Shown here piece after piece: positions 1 to 9,563 of a DNA stretch of 48,786 nt. The DNA is from a bacterium (GTDB lineage Bacteria; Patescibacteriota; Minisyncoccia; Phycocordibacterales; UBA5272): the NCBI GenBank assembly GCA_023267555.1, contig JAHFMZ010000003.1, forward strand, positions 1-48,786, given 5' to 3'. The position numbers and the translations under genes were made by a program. The stretch's first letter is position 1. Each line of letters begins with the position of its first letter. The notes beneath the pieces are model-generated. The model had not been told where the DNA came from. It ran no database searches and saw only the letters and a program-made list of their open reading frames with translations.

Positions 1-2
1 TC

Positions 3-93
3 TTCAAATCCCAACGAATGACACGCAGGTGTCATTCTTCGATTGCGCAAAATTAAAATACCCAAGGCTTTCGCTTTGGGTATTTTAATTTTG
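3..93 (-). mobile_element. 3'-type target-antisense mini-element after tRNA-Asp (cut by window edge)
   Basis: Minus strand: trailer hairpin, then TGCGCAATCGA-[AGAATGACA CCTGCG TGTCATTCGT]-TGGGATTTGAA, a split antisense copy of the tRNA 3' end; same layout as the elements at 27.0, 30.4, 35.0 and 36.5 kb. Confidence 0.65.
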
Positions 94-167
94 CGCAGTC
101 GATGGGATTTGAACCCACGACCCCCGCCGTGACAGGGCGGTGCTCTAACCAGCTGAGCTACGACTGC
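94..167 (-). tRNA. tRNA-Asp(GTC)
   Basis: Cloverleaf GCAGTCG/CGACTGC, anticodon loop CTGTCAC, T-loop TTCAAAT. Confidence 0.96.
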
Positions 168-174
168 ATATTTA

Positions 175-276
175 CATTTTAACACTTACAAACGTTTCTC
201 ATTTCTTTTAGATTTAGCACCGCCTTTGGGCGGACTCGCTATATTCTAATTGAGCTGAGCTACGACTGCATATTTA
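175..276 (-). repeat. Upstream duplication of the tRNA-Asp 5' end with anti-tRNA hairpin
   Basis: 24-bp direct repeat 151-174 / 253-276; inverted copy AGCACCGCC at 216-224. Confidence 0.8.
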
Positions 277-339
277 TATTTTACTAAACTTAACCATTCT
301 AGCAAAATACTAGAATCCGTCCACAAAATTGTTTACGGG

Positions 340-413
340 TGTCGGCGGGTGGGAACGATCCACCGACCTTGGGCTTATGAGTCCCACGCTCTAACCAACT
401 GAGCTACGCCGAC
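340..413 (-). tRNA. tRNA-Met(CAT), elongator or Ile2
   Basis: GTCGGCG/CGCCGAC acceptor stem, CTCATAA anticodon loop; atypical T-loop ATCGTTC. Confidence 0.88.
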
Positions 414-415
414 AT

Positions 416-517
416 ATGTTTATTTTACAAACTCAATCTATATCTAACAACTCATAAGCCTATGGAGTAATTGCGCTTATGAATATCCGCGCCAAGCCAA
501 CTGAGCTACGCCGACAT
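416..517 (-). repeat. Upstream duplication of the tRNA(CAT) 5' end with anti-anticodon hairpin
   Basis: 21-bp direct repeat 395-415 / 497-517; ACTCATAAGCC...GCTTATGA hairpin between the copies. Confidence 0.8.
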
Positions 518-518
518 T

Positions 519-563
519 TTTGAAAGAAGCGCCCGCCACTATGTGGCGGGCGCTTCTTTCAAA
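519..563. terminator. Perfect 21-bp inverted repeat, probable terminator
   Basis: TTTGAAAGAAGCGCCCGCCAC-TAT-GTGGCGGGCGCTTCTTTCAAA. Confidence 0.75.
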
Positions 564-590
564 GCTTAAATGTCACATAGTCTTTGCTTG

Positions 591-661
591 TTGCGGGAAC
601 AGGAATCGAACCTGTGTCCCGAGGTTATGAGCCTCGTGAGTTACCTCTACTCTATCCCGCT
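591..661 (-). tRNA. tRNA-fMet(CAT), initiator
   Basis: A1xA72 mismatch, A11:U24 pair, CTCATAA loop, TTCGATT T-loop. Confidence 0.88.
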
Positions 662-763
662 ATATATTTTACAAACTAATATTACCATTATTTACATAAC
701 CTCGTCAGGTTATGAGAGCTATTGATTCCTCTTGTGAGTTACCTCTACTCTATCCCACTATAT
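662..763 (-). repeat. Upstream duplication of the tRNA-fMet 5' end with anti-anticodon hairpin
   Basis: 23-bp direct repeat 636-658 / 734-756; CATAACCT-CGTC-AGGTTATG hairpin. Confidence 0.8.
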
Positions 764-861
764 ACTTATATTATTAAGTTTAAATATAATAACACATTTT
801 TTAAAAATATGAAAGTTAATTTGTAGTTTTTTTTATTAACAAACTGATATAATATGATTAT

Positions 862-1311
862 ATGGAAAAGCAAGACCCAATTTTCTTTTATGAGCACGAT
901 TATTATATTTTTTCTAATTTCTCATCTTTTACTCTTGAGTGGAAAGGTCATCTTTATATGACATCAGAACACGCATATCACACAGAAAAATTTGAGAATG
1001 AAGAAATGAAAGAAGCAATACGAAATACACGCTCAGCACACGAAGCTTTTAAATATGCAGAAGTTAATAAAGACAAAAGACGAAAAGATTGGGATGATAT
1101 AAAACTCGGAATAATGAAAGAAATTCTTCATAAAAAAGTCGAACAACATCCTTATGTAAAAAAGAAACTTCTAGCATCTGGCGATAGACAACTCATAGAA
1201 GATTCTTGGCGAGATGATTTTTGGGGATGGGGACCAAATAAAAATGGAGCAAATCATTTAGGAAAACTTTGGATGGAAGTTAGAGAAGAAGTAAAAGAGC
1301 AAAAGATATGA
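862..1311 (+). CDS. NADAR family (YbiA/RibX-like) protein
   Basis: FSNF, SEHAY...KF, L+EDS..D.FWG.G..G.N.LG..WM.VR motifs. Confidence 0.9.
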   Translation: MEKQDPIFFYEHDYYIFSNFSSFTLEWKGHLYMTSEHAYHTEKFENEEMKEAIRNTRSAHEAFKYAEVNKDKRRKDWDDIKLGIMKEILHKKVEQHPYVKKKLLASGDRQLIEDSWRDDFWGWGPNKNGANHLGKLWMEVREEVKEQKI

Positions 1312-2063
1312 TAAATGGGGAAAGTTCCCTCATCGGCATCTTCGATTCTGGTATCGGGGGCTTCTCGGTCCTCAAAGAAATAAAGAAAACAAGTAACGCT
1401 GATATTTTTTATTTTGGCGACTGCGCTCGTGCACCATATGGAAATAGAGACATAGAAGAGATTGCTTTGTTTATTAAAGAAATAATTTTATATTTGAAAT
1501 CAAAAGGAGTGATACATTTTGTGAGTGCTTGTAATAGTATGTCTGTATTGATGACGAATAAGTTATTACAGGAATGTAATATTGAAGATTTTTTGTATGT
1601 GGATATGATTCGGGCTTTTAAAAAATATTATGATTTGCCATCATCTGCAAAAGTATTATTGATTGGTACTCAAGCAACTATCCATAGTAACGTTTACCAA
1701 AATTTTTTGAAAGAAAAGACAGATACAATTTTTGAGTATATACCAGCAACTTTAGCAGGTGATATTGAATTAAATATTGGAGAAGAAAAATTAAAAGAAA
1801 TTATTATTCCCATAATTTCAGAAGCAAAAAATAAAGGAGCATCACATATAGTTTATGGTTGCACTCATTATCCACTCGTTCATAATGTATTTCAGAAATG
1901 TGCAGATGAAATCGGTTGGTTTGGTATATTTATTGATCCAGCAATATATGTTGCACAAGCTGTATCTGAGTGGGATATTCCAGGCAACAATATTTTGACT
2001 TTTGAAACAAGTAAAGAAACAAAAGCTTTTAAAAGGGAACGTGATAGTCTATTAAATGTATGA
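1308..2063 (+). CDS. murI: Glutamate racemase
   Basis: IGIFDSGIGG, D..RAPYG, ACN, GCTHYP motifs. Confidence 0.9.
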   Translation: MINGESSLIGIFDSGIGGFSVLKEIKKTSNADIFYFGDCARAPYGNRDIEEIALFIKEIILYLKSKGVIHFVSACNSMSVLMTNKLLQECNIEDFLYVDMIRAFKKYYDLPSSAKVLLIGTQATIHSNVYQNFLKEKTDTIFEYIPATLAGDIELNIGEEKLKEIIIPIISEAKNKGASHIVYGCTHYPLVHNVFQKCADEIGWFGIFIDPAIYVAQAVSEWDIPGNNILTFETSKETKAFKRERDSLLNV

Positions 2064-2114
2064 AATGTGAGGGTTGTTTAATATTGAAAATAGGAATAAC
2101 ATATATAGCATATT

Positions 2115-2711
2115 ATGAATGAATATCTTAAAAGTTTCCGTTTGGAATCTATACTCACAGAAGTTATTTATTTTATATTTGGAGCTATGGCAAATGCGTG
2201 GTTTCAAAGTCTCCGCTCATCTTCTTTTTGGTGGTATGATACTAGCTTTATAGATAAGTATAAAGATAATTCTTTTATATATACTATTTTATTTTTTGGA
2301 CTATCATATATTATTGGAATTTCTTTAAAAGAGATTGGTAATTTTGCGCATAATTTTTTGTATACGATAGTTAGCAAGATTGGATATCTAAATATATTTG
2401 CTAAATATTATTTAAAAGATTCATATAATTTATCGCAAGAAGACAAAGAAGAGATAATTCGTAAGTTCGAACAAAAGTCTGGTAAAAATATTTTCTATTC
2501 AATTTTTGAAAAAAATCGTGTTAGATATATTGGTTACAAAATAATTACGGGATTCTCTGCAATAAATTTTTTGTTTGCAGTTTATGCTTTATTTTTGGGT
2601 AGAACACAAGACTGGTCTCCAAGTATTCTATTTTTTATCTTATTTATTATATCAGCCTATTGCGTAGCTAAAACCTCAAAACTATTGTCCAAATTTGTTA
2701 GTGGGTTATAG
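2115..2711 (+). CDS. Hypothetical membrane protein
   Basis: 198 aa ORF with about 4 hydrophobic segments. Confidence 0.7.
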   Translation: MNEYLKSFRLESILTEVIYFIFGAMANAWFQSLRSSSFWWYDTSFIDKYKDNSFIYTILFFGLSYIIGISLKEIGNFAHNFLYTIVSKIGYLNIFAKYYLKDSYNLSQEDKEEIIRKFEQKSGKNIFYSIFEKNRVRYIGYKIITGFSAINFLFAVYALFLGRTQDWSPSILFFILFIISAYCVAKTSKLLSKFVSGL

Positions 2712-2715
2712 ATAG

Positions 2716-2744
2716 TTGACAAATTTCGTACTTTCTGCTACAAT
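2716..2744 (+). promoter_or_regulatory. Sigma70 promoter of the DEAD-box helicase
   Basis: TTGACA-17 bp-TACAAT with extended TG. Confidence 0.7.
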
Positions 2745-2936
2745 AGGTGTATTATTTCCTTATGGATATCCATTTGTAGTCAGGCAAAGGTTTAAGTTGA
2801 TTTGACGCGTTGTGGCTAACCATAAATCTATCCTCTAGATAGACGAGTATTCTTCGAAAGAATCAGCGCGCAAATAATTTAATCTAATCGGGATTTATAT
2901 AACTAAGTTATATGAAGTCCTATAATCAAATTGCAT

Positions 2937-4283
2937 ATGTATACCATAACAACTGGTGGGTCATCTACTGACTCACGTTCTCGTTCGCCATCGCCTCGTT
3001 CTAAAGGCTATTCGTCACGTTCACGCTCTTCTTCTTCAAATGAAGGAGGTTATTCTCGACCTTCATCACGTTCGGGTTATTCTTCTCGCTCCACATCACG
3101 CGGTGGATATTCACGCGGTGGTAATAGAGAAGGAGCTCCTCGTTCTTTCAATGCAAAGCGTAGTTTTAAGAAAGATTATATAGATGAAAAACTTTTTATT
3201 AATAAAGAAGCTGGTATTACTGAAACAGATCACTACACAGCTAAACACGCATTTACAGATTTCGGTATTAATGAAACACTTTCTGCTAACTTAACTGCAA
3301 AAGGATTAGTTACTCCATCTCCAATTCAAGATCAGTCAATTCCTGTGGTACTTAAGGGTGGTGATGTTATCGGTATTGCGTCTACTGGAACAGGTAAGAC
3401 TGCAGCGTTTTTGATTCCTTTAATCAATAAACTCGTAGCCGATAAAGACCATAAAATGATGGTCCTTACGCCAACGCGTGAACTTGCTATGCAAGTGGAA
3501 GCAGAATTTGTGGCTTTTACTCGTGGTATGAAACTTTTCTCTGTTTCTTGTGTTGGAGGTTCTCCGATTATGCGTCAGATAAAAGAACTTGAACTTGGTG
3601 TGAATGCGGTTATTGGTACACCGGGTCGTGTGAAAGATTTGATTGAGCGTGGAAAAATAAATATGAGTTATTTTGATAGTATTGTACTCGATGAAGCTGA
3701 CAGAATGCTTGATATGGGATTTATTGATGATATGCGTTCTATTTTGGGTGCTATGCCAAAAACAAAACAAGGGCTATTTTTCTCGGCGACATTTTCTCCA
3801 GAAATAAAAAGACTTTGTACAGACTTTTTGAAAGACCCAATTACTGTGTCTGTAAAATCACGCGATACTGCAGCTTCGGTTATGCAAGATGTGGTACGTG
3901 TAAATACTGATGCTGAAAAAGTAGAAGCTCTTCACGAAATTCTTATTAAGCCAGAATATTCTAAAGTACTTATTTTTCGTGAGATGAAGCGTCACGTGGA
4001 TGGTTTGGCTTCAGAACTTACAAAGCGTGGTTTCAAAGCTCTCGCTCTTCACGGTGATATGCATAATCGTGAACGTGAACGTGCAGTAAAAGCACTTGAA
4101 GCTGGAAAAGTTCAAGTGGTGATTGCAACCGATGTGGCGGCTCGTGGTTTGGATATTTCAGATATTAATCTAGTTATTAATTATGATATTCCAAATAACT
4201 ACGAGACTTATATACACCGTATCGGTCGTACTGGACGCGCTAAAAAATTAGGAAGTGCGTTGACCTTTGTGCCAAAAAGATAA
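2937..4283 (+). CDS. DEAD-box RNA helicase with RS/RGG-rich N-terminus
   Basis: Q motif, TGTGKT, PTRELA, DEAD, SAT, HRIGRTGR; start moved to ATG 2937. Confidence 0.95.
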   Translation: MYTITTGGSSTDSRSRSPSPRSKGYSSRSRSSSSNEGGYSRPSSRSGYSSRSTSRGGYSRGGNREGAPRSFNAKRSFKKDYIDEKLFINKEAGITETDHYTAKHAFTDFGINETLSANLTAKGLVTPSPIQDQSIPVVLKGGDVIGIASTGTGKTAAFLIPLINKLVADKDHKMMVLTPTRELAMQVEAEFVAFTRGMKLFSVSCVGGSPIMRQIKELELGVNAVIGTPGRVKDLIERGKINMSYFDSIVLDEADRMLDMGFIDDMRSILGAMPKTKQGLFFSATFSPEIKRLCTDFLKDPITVSVKSRDTAASVMQDVVRVNTDAEKVEALHEILIKPEYSKVLIFREMKRHVDGLASELTKRGFKALALHGDMHNRERERAVKALEAGKVQVVIATDVAARGLDISDINLVINYDIPNNYETYIHRIGRTGRAKKLGSALTFVPKR

Positions 4284-4290
4284 ATATATT

Positions 4291-4319
4291 TAAAAAGCGA
4301 CCTGAAGGGTCGCTTTTTT
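4291..4319 (+). terminator. Intrinsic terminator, GCGAC/GTCGC family
   Basis: AAAAAGCGACCT-GAA-GGGTCGCTTTTT. Confidence 0.75.
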
Positions 4320-4413
4320 ATATATAGACAAATAAATTAAAAACTTGTAGTGTTTATATTGTATAGGCATTTTGTTTTGCCTAATTGTTCAGTAAATTTT
4401 AATGGGAGGTAAT

Positions 4414-4716
4414 ATGTATTTAGCTATATTGAACGTGCCTTATATAGATAAGTCAGACGACGATGAGATTCATTGGGAAAGCAGGCTTCTCGTCATTGAT
4501 GTGTTCACGAAAAACGAGGCGATGATATTCATCGGAAAGGTCTGTCCTCCAAGAGAAAAACAAATAGAGGAAGATCTTGTTCGTTATCATCAACATAAAC
4601 CGGGAGAGTATTTCATAGCACGTTTGTATGCGGTTCCTGTTACCCAAAAAATTGTCGCTCTAGGGACGGGGAGAGATGTGGTTTTCCCCGGAGTTTCTGA
4701 ATCAATAAAGTTTTGA
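4414..4716 (+). CDS. Orphan hypothetical protein
   Basis: GGGAGGT SD before ATG 4414; hairpin and T-tract downstream. Confidence 0.65.
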   Translation: MYLAILNVPYIDKSDDDEIHWESRLLVIDVFTKNEAMIFIGKVCPPREKQIEEDLVRYHQHKPGEYFIARLYAVPVTQKIVALGTGRDVVFPGVSESIKF

Positions 4717-4873
4717 GTCAAAATATGTTTGCAATTAAGCCCTTCTATGATGTTGGGCTTTTTGTTTGCATATTTATTTTCACGAGTTATAGTGAATATA
4801 TACGGAAAAACAGTAATGGTTGTATTTCTTTAATGTATTTTTAAAATTTATAAATTATTAACTTATCAAATAT

Positions 4874-5413
4874 ATGACACATATAACAGAAAATAATAAA
4901 GTTCCACAAGTAGTATTCAAAACTCGTGTGCGTGATGAAAAAGTTACAGTGGAAAATCCATTCCGCTGGCAGGATTTAACTACAGATGATGTATTCAAGG
5001 GAAAGAAAATTGTTTTATTCGGACTACCCGGAGCATTCACTCCGACGTGCTCATCCACACACGCTCCGGGATATGAAGCGAAGTATGATGAATTCAAAGC
5101 ATTAGGTATTGATGAAGTTATTTGTCTTGCGGTGAATGATGCTTTTGTTATGTTTAATTGGAAGAAAAATCTCGGTATTGAAAAAGTATTTATGCTTCCA
5201 GATGGAAATGCAGATTTTACAAGAGGTATGGGGATGTTGGTCAAGAAAACAAATCTTGGCTTTGGTGAACGTTCTTGGAGATATTCTATGTTTGTGGAAG
5301 ATGGAATGATTAAGAAGATGTTTGTTGAGACAGGTTTTTCTGATAATTGTCCCGATGATCCATTTGAAGTTTCTGATGCTGACACAATGTTAAAATATTT
5401 GAAAGAAAACTGA
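4874..5413 (+). CDS. Peroxiredoxin, Prx5-like
   Basis: LPGAFTPTCS..H.PGY, VNDAFVM..W, DGN.DFT, RSWRYSM motifs. Confidence 0.93.
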   Translation: MTHITENNKVPQVVFKTRVRDEKVTVENPFRWQDLTTDDVFKGKKIVLFGLPGAFTPTCSSTHAPGYEAKYDEFKALGIDEVICLAVNDAFVMFNWKKNLGIEKVFMLPDGNADFTRGMGMLVKKTNLGFGERSWRYSMFVEDGMIKKMFVETGFSDNCPDDPFEVSDADTMLKYLKEN

Positions 5414-5432
5414 TGTTATACTATCTTTTTAT

Positions 5433-5633
5433 ATGAGAAATATTAGAAAGTTTTTAGCAAAGTTTGATATTGTAAGTGTAATTGTGGGTGGTTTTTTGGG
5501 AATGTTTATTGCTTTGGCGATATTTTCGGCTCTTGTTCCAAGTGGGTTGGATATGATTAAGTTATATTATCCTGAAAGAGCTGGACTAAATAGAGTTTCT
5601 ACATCCACGAAAGATTTTGAAATAAGTAGATAA
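5433..5633 (+). CDS. Small membrane protein
   Basis: 66 aa with one TM helix. Confidence 0.55.
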   Translation: MRNIRKFLAKFDIVSVIVGGFLGMFIALAIFSALVPSGLDMIKLYYPERAGLNRVSTSTKDFEISR

Positions 5634-5635
5634 TT

Positions 5636-5689
5636 ATTTCAACATAAATAAAACACTCCTTTTAAAGAGTGTTTTATTTATGTTGAAAT
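5636..5689. terminator. Long AT-rich inverted repeat
   Basis: ATTTCAACATAAATAAAACACTC...GAGTGTTTTATTTATGTTGAAAT. Confidence 0.65.
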
Positions 5690-5750
5690 TTATTATGATT
5701 GATGTAAGATTGGAATTGAGTAGTACATTTGTTGTTATCAAGGAGGCATT

Positions 5751-6086
5751 ATGCCGATTGCAAAAATTGTAAAATGGGATGGTAAAGGGGTTATGATTGG
5801 AATCAGAAGAGTTTTTAATGAAACAAAAGGCATCTATGAGTATTTGGAGAAACCAATACCGAAAGATGGCTATTGGAAAGTTGTATGGTCAAGGAAGCCT
5901 CGGGATAGCGAAAAAGATATAACTGGCTTTGTTTCAAAAAAAGAAGCGGAATGGATAGAAGATGTTTTGAATAGCTTATCAATGCCAGTTGCTCGCAGTC
6001 TTGTAGTTAAGCTACAGTCTCAAGGAAAAACTTTAGAAAGAGATCATAATATGAAAAAACCTAGAATTGCTAGACTCAGGTATTAG
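5751..6086 (+). CDS. Orphan hypothetical protein
   Basis: AAGGAGG SD; terminator at 6113-6135. Confidence 0.7.
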   Translation: MPIAKIVKWDGKGVMIGIRRVFNETKGIYEYLEKPIPKDGYWKVVWSRKPRDSEKDITGFVSKKEAEWIEDVLNSLSMPVARSLVVKLQSQGKTLERDHNMKKPRIARLRY

Positions 6087-6112
6087 AACCAGGGTGTGGG
6101 GTCGTTTTGTCT

Positions 6113-6140
6113 AAGTCACGGGTAACCCGTGACTTTTTGT
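6113..6140 (+). terminator. Intrinsic terminator
   Basis: AAGTCACGGG-TAA-CCCGTGACTT then T-tract. Confidence 0.7.
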
Positions 6141-6323
6141 TATTCACATTTGCATATTAAATAGTCTTCTGATATAATGCTCGGACTATTGACCACTGAT
6201 TGAGTAACGAGCAAGGACAATAAAGACAGTTTTACTTAAGTAATTATCAGGGTTTCTCTATTTTAATAAAGTAAGTCCGTACCACTCATTTTTTATTTGG
6301 GTGTGCGGGCGACATTTGTCGTT

Positions 6324-9300
6324 ATGCCAAAAACACACCAGTCCTCAAATGTGCGTCCTCAGAAAATGTTTGCGAAATATCGCGAACCGCTTACTAAGCT
6401 TCCCAATCTTGTTGAAAATCAGATTCTTTCATACAAAGACCTTACCGAAAAAGGTATTGTTGAAATCTTTCGAGAGTTTTCACCACTTCGTGACTATTCA
6501 GAGAAAAAATTTGATCTCGAGTTTATTTCTTTTGAACTTTCGGCTCCAAAATATGACGAAGTGTATGCTAAGGAAAATAAACTTACATACGAAGCTCCAC
6601 TTCGTGCTCGTGTAAAACTTACAAATAAAATTTTAAACACTGTTAAAGAGCAGGAGATTTTTATGGCTGATTTTCCGTTGATGACTATACACGGAACATT
6701 TATCATAAACGGTGTTGAACGTGTGGTTGTACCACAACTCGCCCGATCATTCGGTGTTTTCTTTGATTCTGAAGAAACAAAAGGCAAGCGTTACTTCGGT
6801 GCAAAAATAATTCCTTCACGTGGTGTGTGGATTGAATTGGGTACCGAAGCTGATGGTGGCATATATGTACGTATTGATAAGAAGCGTAAATTTTCAGTAA
6901 TTGCACTTCTTCGTGTGCTTGGTTTTGCAACAGATGATCAAATCAAAAATGCCTTCAAAGATAATCCTATTTCTGGACCACTTTTGGCCACTCTTGTAGA
7001 AAGAGATGAAATAAAAACAATTCACGATGCTTATATTGAGATTTATAAGCGTCTTCGTGATGGCGATTTGGCTACTCCAGAAAATGCAAAGGAACACATT
7101 GATTCTATTGTTTCGGCGGATAGATATGACCTTTCTCCAGTTGGACGTTTTCGTTTCAACAAGCGTTTTGGTAAATCAACTGATATGAAAGATAAGGAAG
7201 CAGGACGCAGAACTCTTTCAAAGGAAGATATGGTGGATATTATCAATCATATTGTTGAATTAAATAATAATGTTAATGCTGAAGAGGACGATATCGATCA
7301 CCTTGGTTCTCGTCGTGTGCGTTATGTTGGTGAAATGATGGCACAAAAAATCCGTACAGGTATGATGCAGATGAAGCGTAACATTCAAGATAAGATGTCA
7401 GTTATTGATACAGACACCACTCTTCCGATTGCGATTATCAATCAGCGTCCACTTCAAGCTCGTATTAAAGAATTCTTTACCACAAACCAGCTTTCACAGT
7501 TTATGAACCAAGAAAATCTCTTGGCAGAAGTTGAGCATTTGCGTACTCTTTCAGCACTCGGTCCCGGTGGTCTTACTCGTGAACGCGCTGGATTTGAAGT
7601 TCGTGATGTGCATACTTCACATTATGGTCGTGTATGTCCTATTCACACTCCAGAAGGTCCAAACATTGGTCTTATTTTGCGTCTTTCTAATTATGCGCGT
7701 ATCAATGATTTCGGAATTATCGAAACACCGTATGTAAAAGTAATAAAAGGAAAAATTACGAAAGAAATTGTTTATATGAACGCTTTGGAAGAAGAACGTT
7801 ATGTTATTGCTCACGCCGGAAATGAATATGATAAAGATGGTAAATTTGTCAAAGCAGAAATCGAAGTCCGTAGAGCTGGTCAACCAGGACTTGCACTTTG
7901 TGACGAAGTTGAATTTATTGATGTAGCTACAAATCAAGCTTTTTCTGTTGCAACGTCTATGATTCCATTCCTAGAACACGATGAAGCGACTCGCGCACTG
8001 ATGGGTTCAAATATGCAGAAACAAGCGGTACCACTTATGTGCCCAGAAGCTCCTTTGGTTGCAACTGGTATGGAAGGCGAGGCTGCAAAACATATTGGAC
8101 GTCTTGTTATCGCTGAAGAAGCTGGAGAAGTTAAATATGTTGATGCAAAAAAGATTATTGTTAAATCTGAAAAGAAAGAAAAGGAATATACTCTTATTAA
8201 TTTTGCACGTACAAACGCCTTCAATCTTTTCCATCAAAGACCGATAGTATCTCTTGGAGACAAAGTAAAGAAAGGTGAAGTGTTGGCAGATGCTGCCACA
8301 TCTGATAATGGTCAAATCGCACTTGGGCATAATATTCGTGTAGCTTTTATGGCTTGGAATGGTGCGAATTACGAAGATGCTATTATTCTTTCAGAAAGAC
8401 TTGTAAAAGAAAGTAAGTTTTCTTCAATACACATTGAAGAATTCGTATGTAATGTGCGTGATACAAAATTAGGGGCAGAAGTGACTACTCACGATATTCC
8501 AAATGTGGGTGAAAATAAATTGAAGAACTTGGATGAAGATGGAATCATTAGAATCGGAGCAGAAATTCGCCCTGGAGATATTATGGTTGGTAAAATTACT
8601 CCAAAAGGAGAAACAGAACTTACCCCAGAAGAAAGATTGCTTCGTTCTATTTTCGGTGAAAAGGTGCGTGATGTGAAAGATTCATCACTTCGACTTGATC
8701 ACGGAAAGCGTGGACGTGTTATCGGGGTAAAAGTATTCTCACGTGAACGTGGGGATCATTTGGAAAGTGGAATTATCAAGCGTGTTCATATTGAAGTTGC
8801 TCAAGTGCGTAATATTTCTGTTGGAGACAAGCTTGCTGGTCGTCACGGAAACAAAGGTGTTATTTCAACAATTCTTCCAGTAGAAGAAATGCCGTTTGCT
8901 GCAGATGGGACTCCAATTGATATTATTCTTACACCACTTGGTGTGCCATCACGTATGAACTTGGGACAAATTCTCGAAATGCATTTGGGTCTTGCCGCAG
9001 AAACTTTGGGATATCAAGCTATTGTACCTTCATTCCAAGGAGCAAGTGATGCAGAAATTAAAGAAGAACTTGTTAAAGCAGGATATAAAGAATCTGGAAC
9101 CGTGCAGTTATATGACGGTCGTACGGGTGAGGCTTTCAACAAAGAAACTGCTGTCGGTGTGATGTATATAATGAAACTTCATCATATGGTAGAAGACAAG
9201 ATACATATGCGTTCTATCGGTCCTTACTCACTTATCACACAGCAACCACTTGGTGGAAAGGCTCAAGGTGGAGGTCAGAGATTCGGGGAAATGGAAGTGT

Positions 9301-9542
9301 GGGCTCTCGAAGGTTATGGTGCAGCGCATATTCTACGCGAAATGCTCACAGTGAAGTCTGACGATATTGTCGGTCGTTCACAGGCGTTTGACAGTATTAT
9401 AAAAGGGGAAGATGTGAAAGAACCAAATACTCCAGCTTCGTTTACGGTGATGCTAAACACACTTCGTGGACTCTCACTCGATGTTATTCCACGTAAGATT
9501 GAGGGCAAGGAAGAAAAACTTATTGGCGAATCATCTCTATAA
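6324..9542 (+). CDS. rpoB: RNA polymerase beta subunit
   Basis: GDKLAGRHGNKG, GQRFGEME, SALGPGGL motifs; start probably ATG 6324. Confidence 0.99.
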   Translation: MPKTHQSSNVRPQKMFAKYREPLTKLPNLVENQILSYKDLTEKGIVEIFREFSPLRDYSEKKFDLEFISFELSAPKYDEVYAKENKLTYEAPLRARVKLTNKILNTVKEQEIFMADFPLMTIHGTFIINGVERVVVPQLARSFGVFFDSEETKGKRYFGAKIIPSRGVWIELGTEADGGIYVRIDKKRKFSVIALLRVLGFATDDQIKNAFKDNPISGPLLATLVERDEIKTIHDAYIEIYKRLRDGDLATPENAKEHIDSIVSADRYDLSPVGRFRFNKRFGKSTDMKDKEAGRRTLSKEDMVDIINHIVELNNNVNAEEDDIDHLGSRRVRYVGEMMAQKIRTGMMQMKRNIQDKMSVIDTDTTLPIAIINQRPLQARIKEFFTTNQLSQFMNQENLLAEVEHLRTLSALGPGGLTRERAGFEVRDVHTSHYGRVCPIHTPEGPNIGLILRLSNYARINDFGIIETPYVKVIKGKITKEIVYMNALEEERYVIAHAGNEYDKDGKFVKAEIEVRRAGQPGLALCDEVEFIDVATNQAFSVATSMIPFLEHDEATRALMGSNMQKQAVPLMCPEAPLVATGMEGEAAKHIGRLVIAEEAGEVKYVDAKKIIVKSEKKEKEYTLINFARTNAFNLFHQRPIVSLGDKVKKGEVLADAATSDNGQIALGHNIRVAFMAWNGANYEDAIILSERLVKESKFSSIHIEEFVCNVRDTKLGAEVTTHDIPNVGENKLKNLDEDGIIRIGAEIRPGDIMVGKITPKGETELTPEERLLRSIFGEKVRDVKDSSLRLDHGKRGRVIGVKVFSRERGDHLESGIIKRVHIEVAQVRNISVGDKLAGRHGNKGVISTILPVEEMPFAADGTPIDIILTPLGVPSRMNLGQILEMHLGLAAETLGYQAIVPSFQGASDAEIKEELVKAGYKESGTVQLYDGRTGEAFNKETAVGVMYIMKLHHMVEDKIHMRSIGPYSLITQQPLGGKAQGGGQRFGEMEVWALEGYGAAHILREMLTVKSDDIVGRSQAFDSIIKGEDVKEPNTPASFTVMLNTLRGLSLDVIPRKIEGKEEKLIGESSL

Positions 9543-9563
9543 AAGTTAACTTCAAAAAATACT

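Noticed and set aside
151-763. CRISPR-like spacing of repeats in the tRNA cluster
   Set aside because: Each repeat pair has a different, tRNA-derived sequence; there is no common repeat and no cas gene
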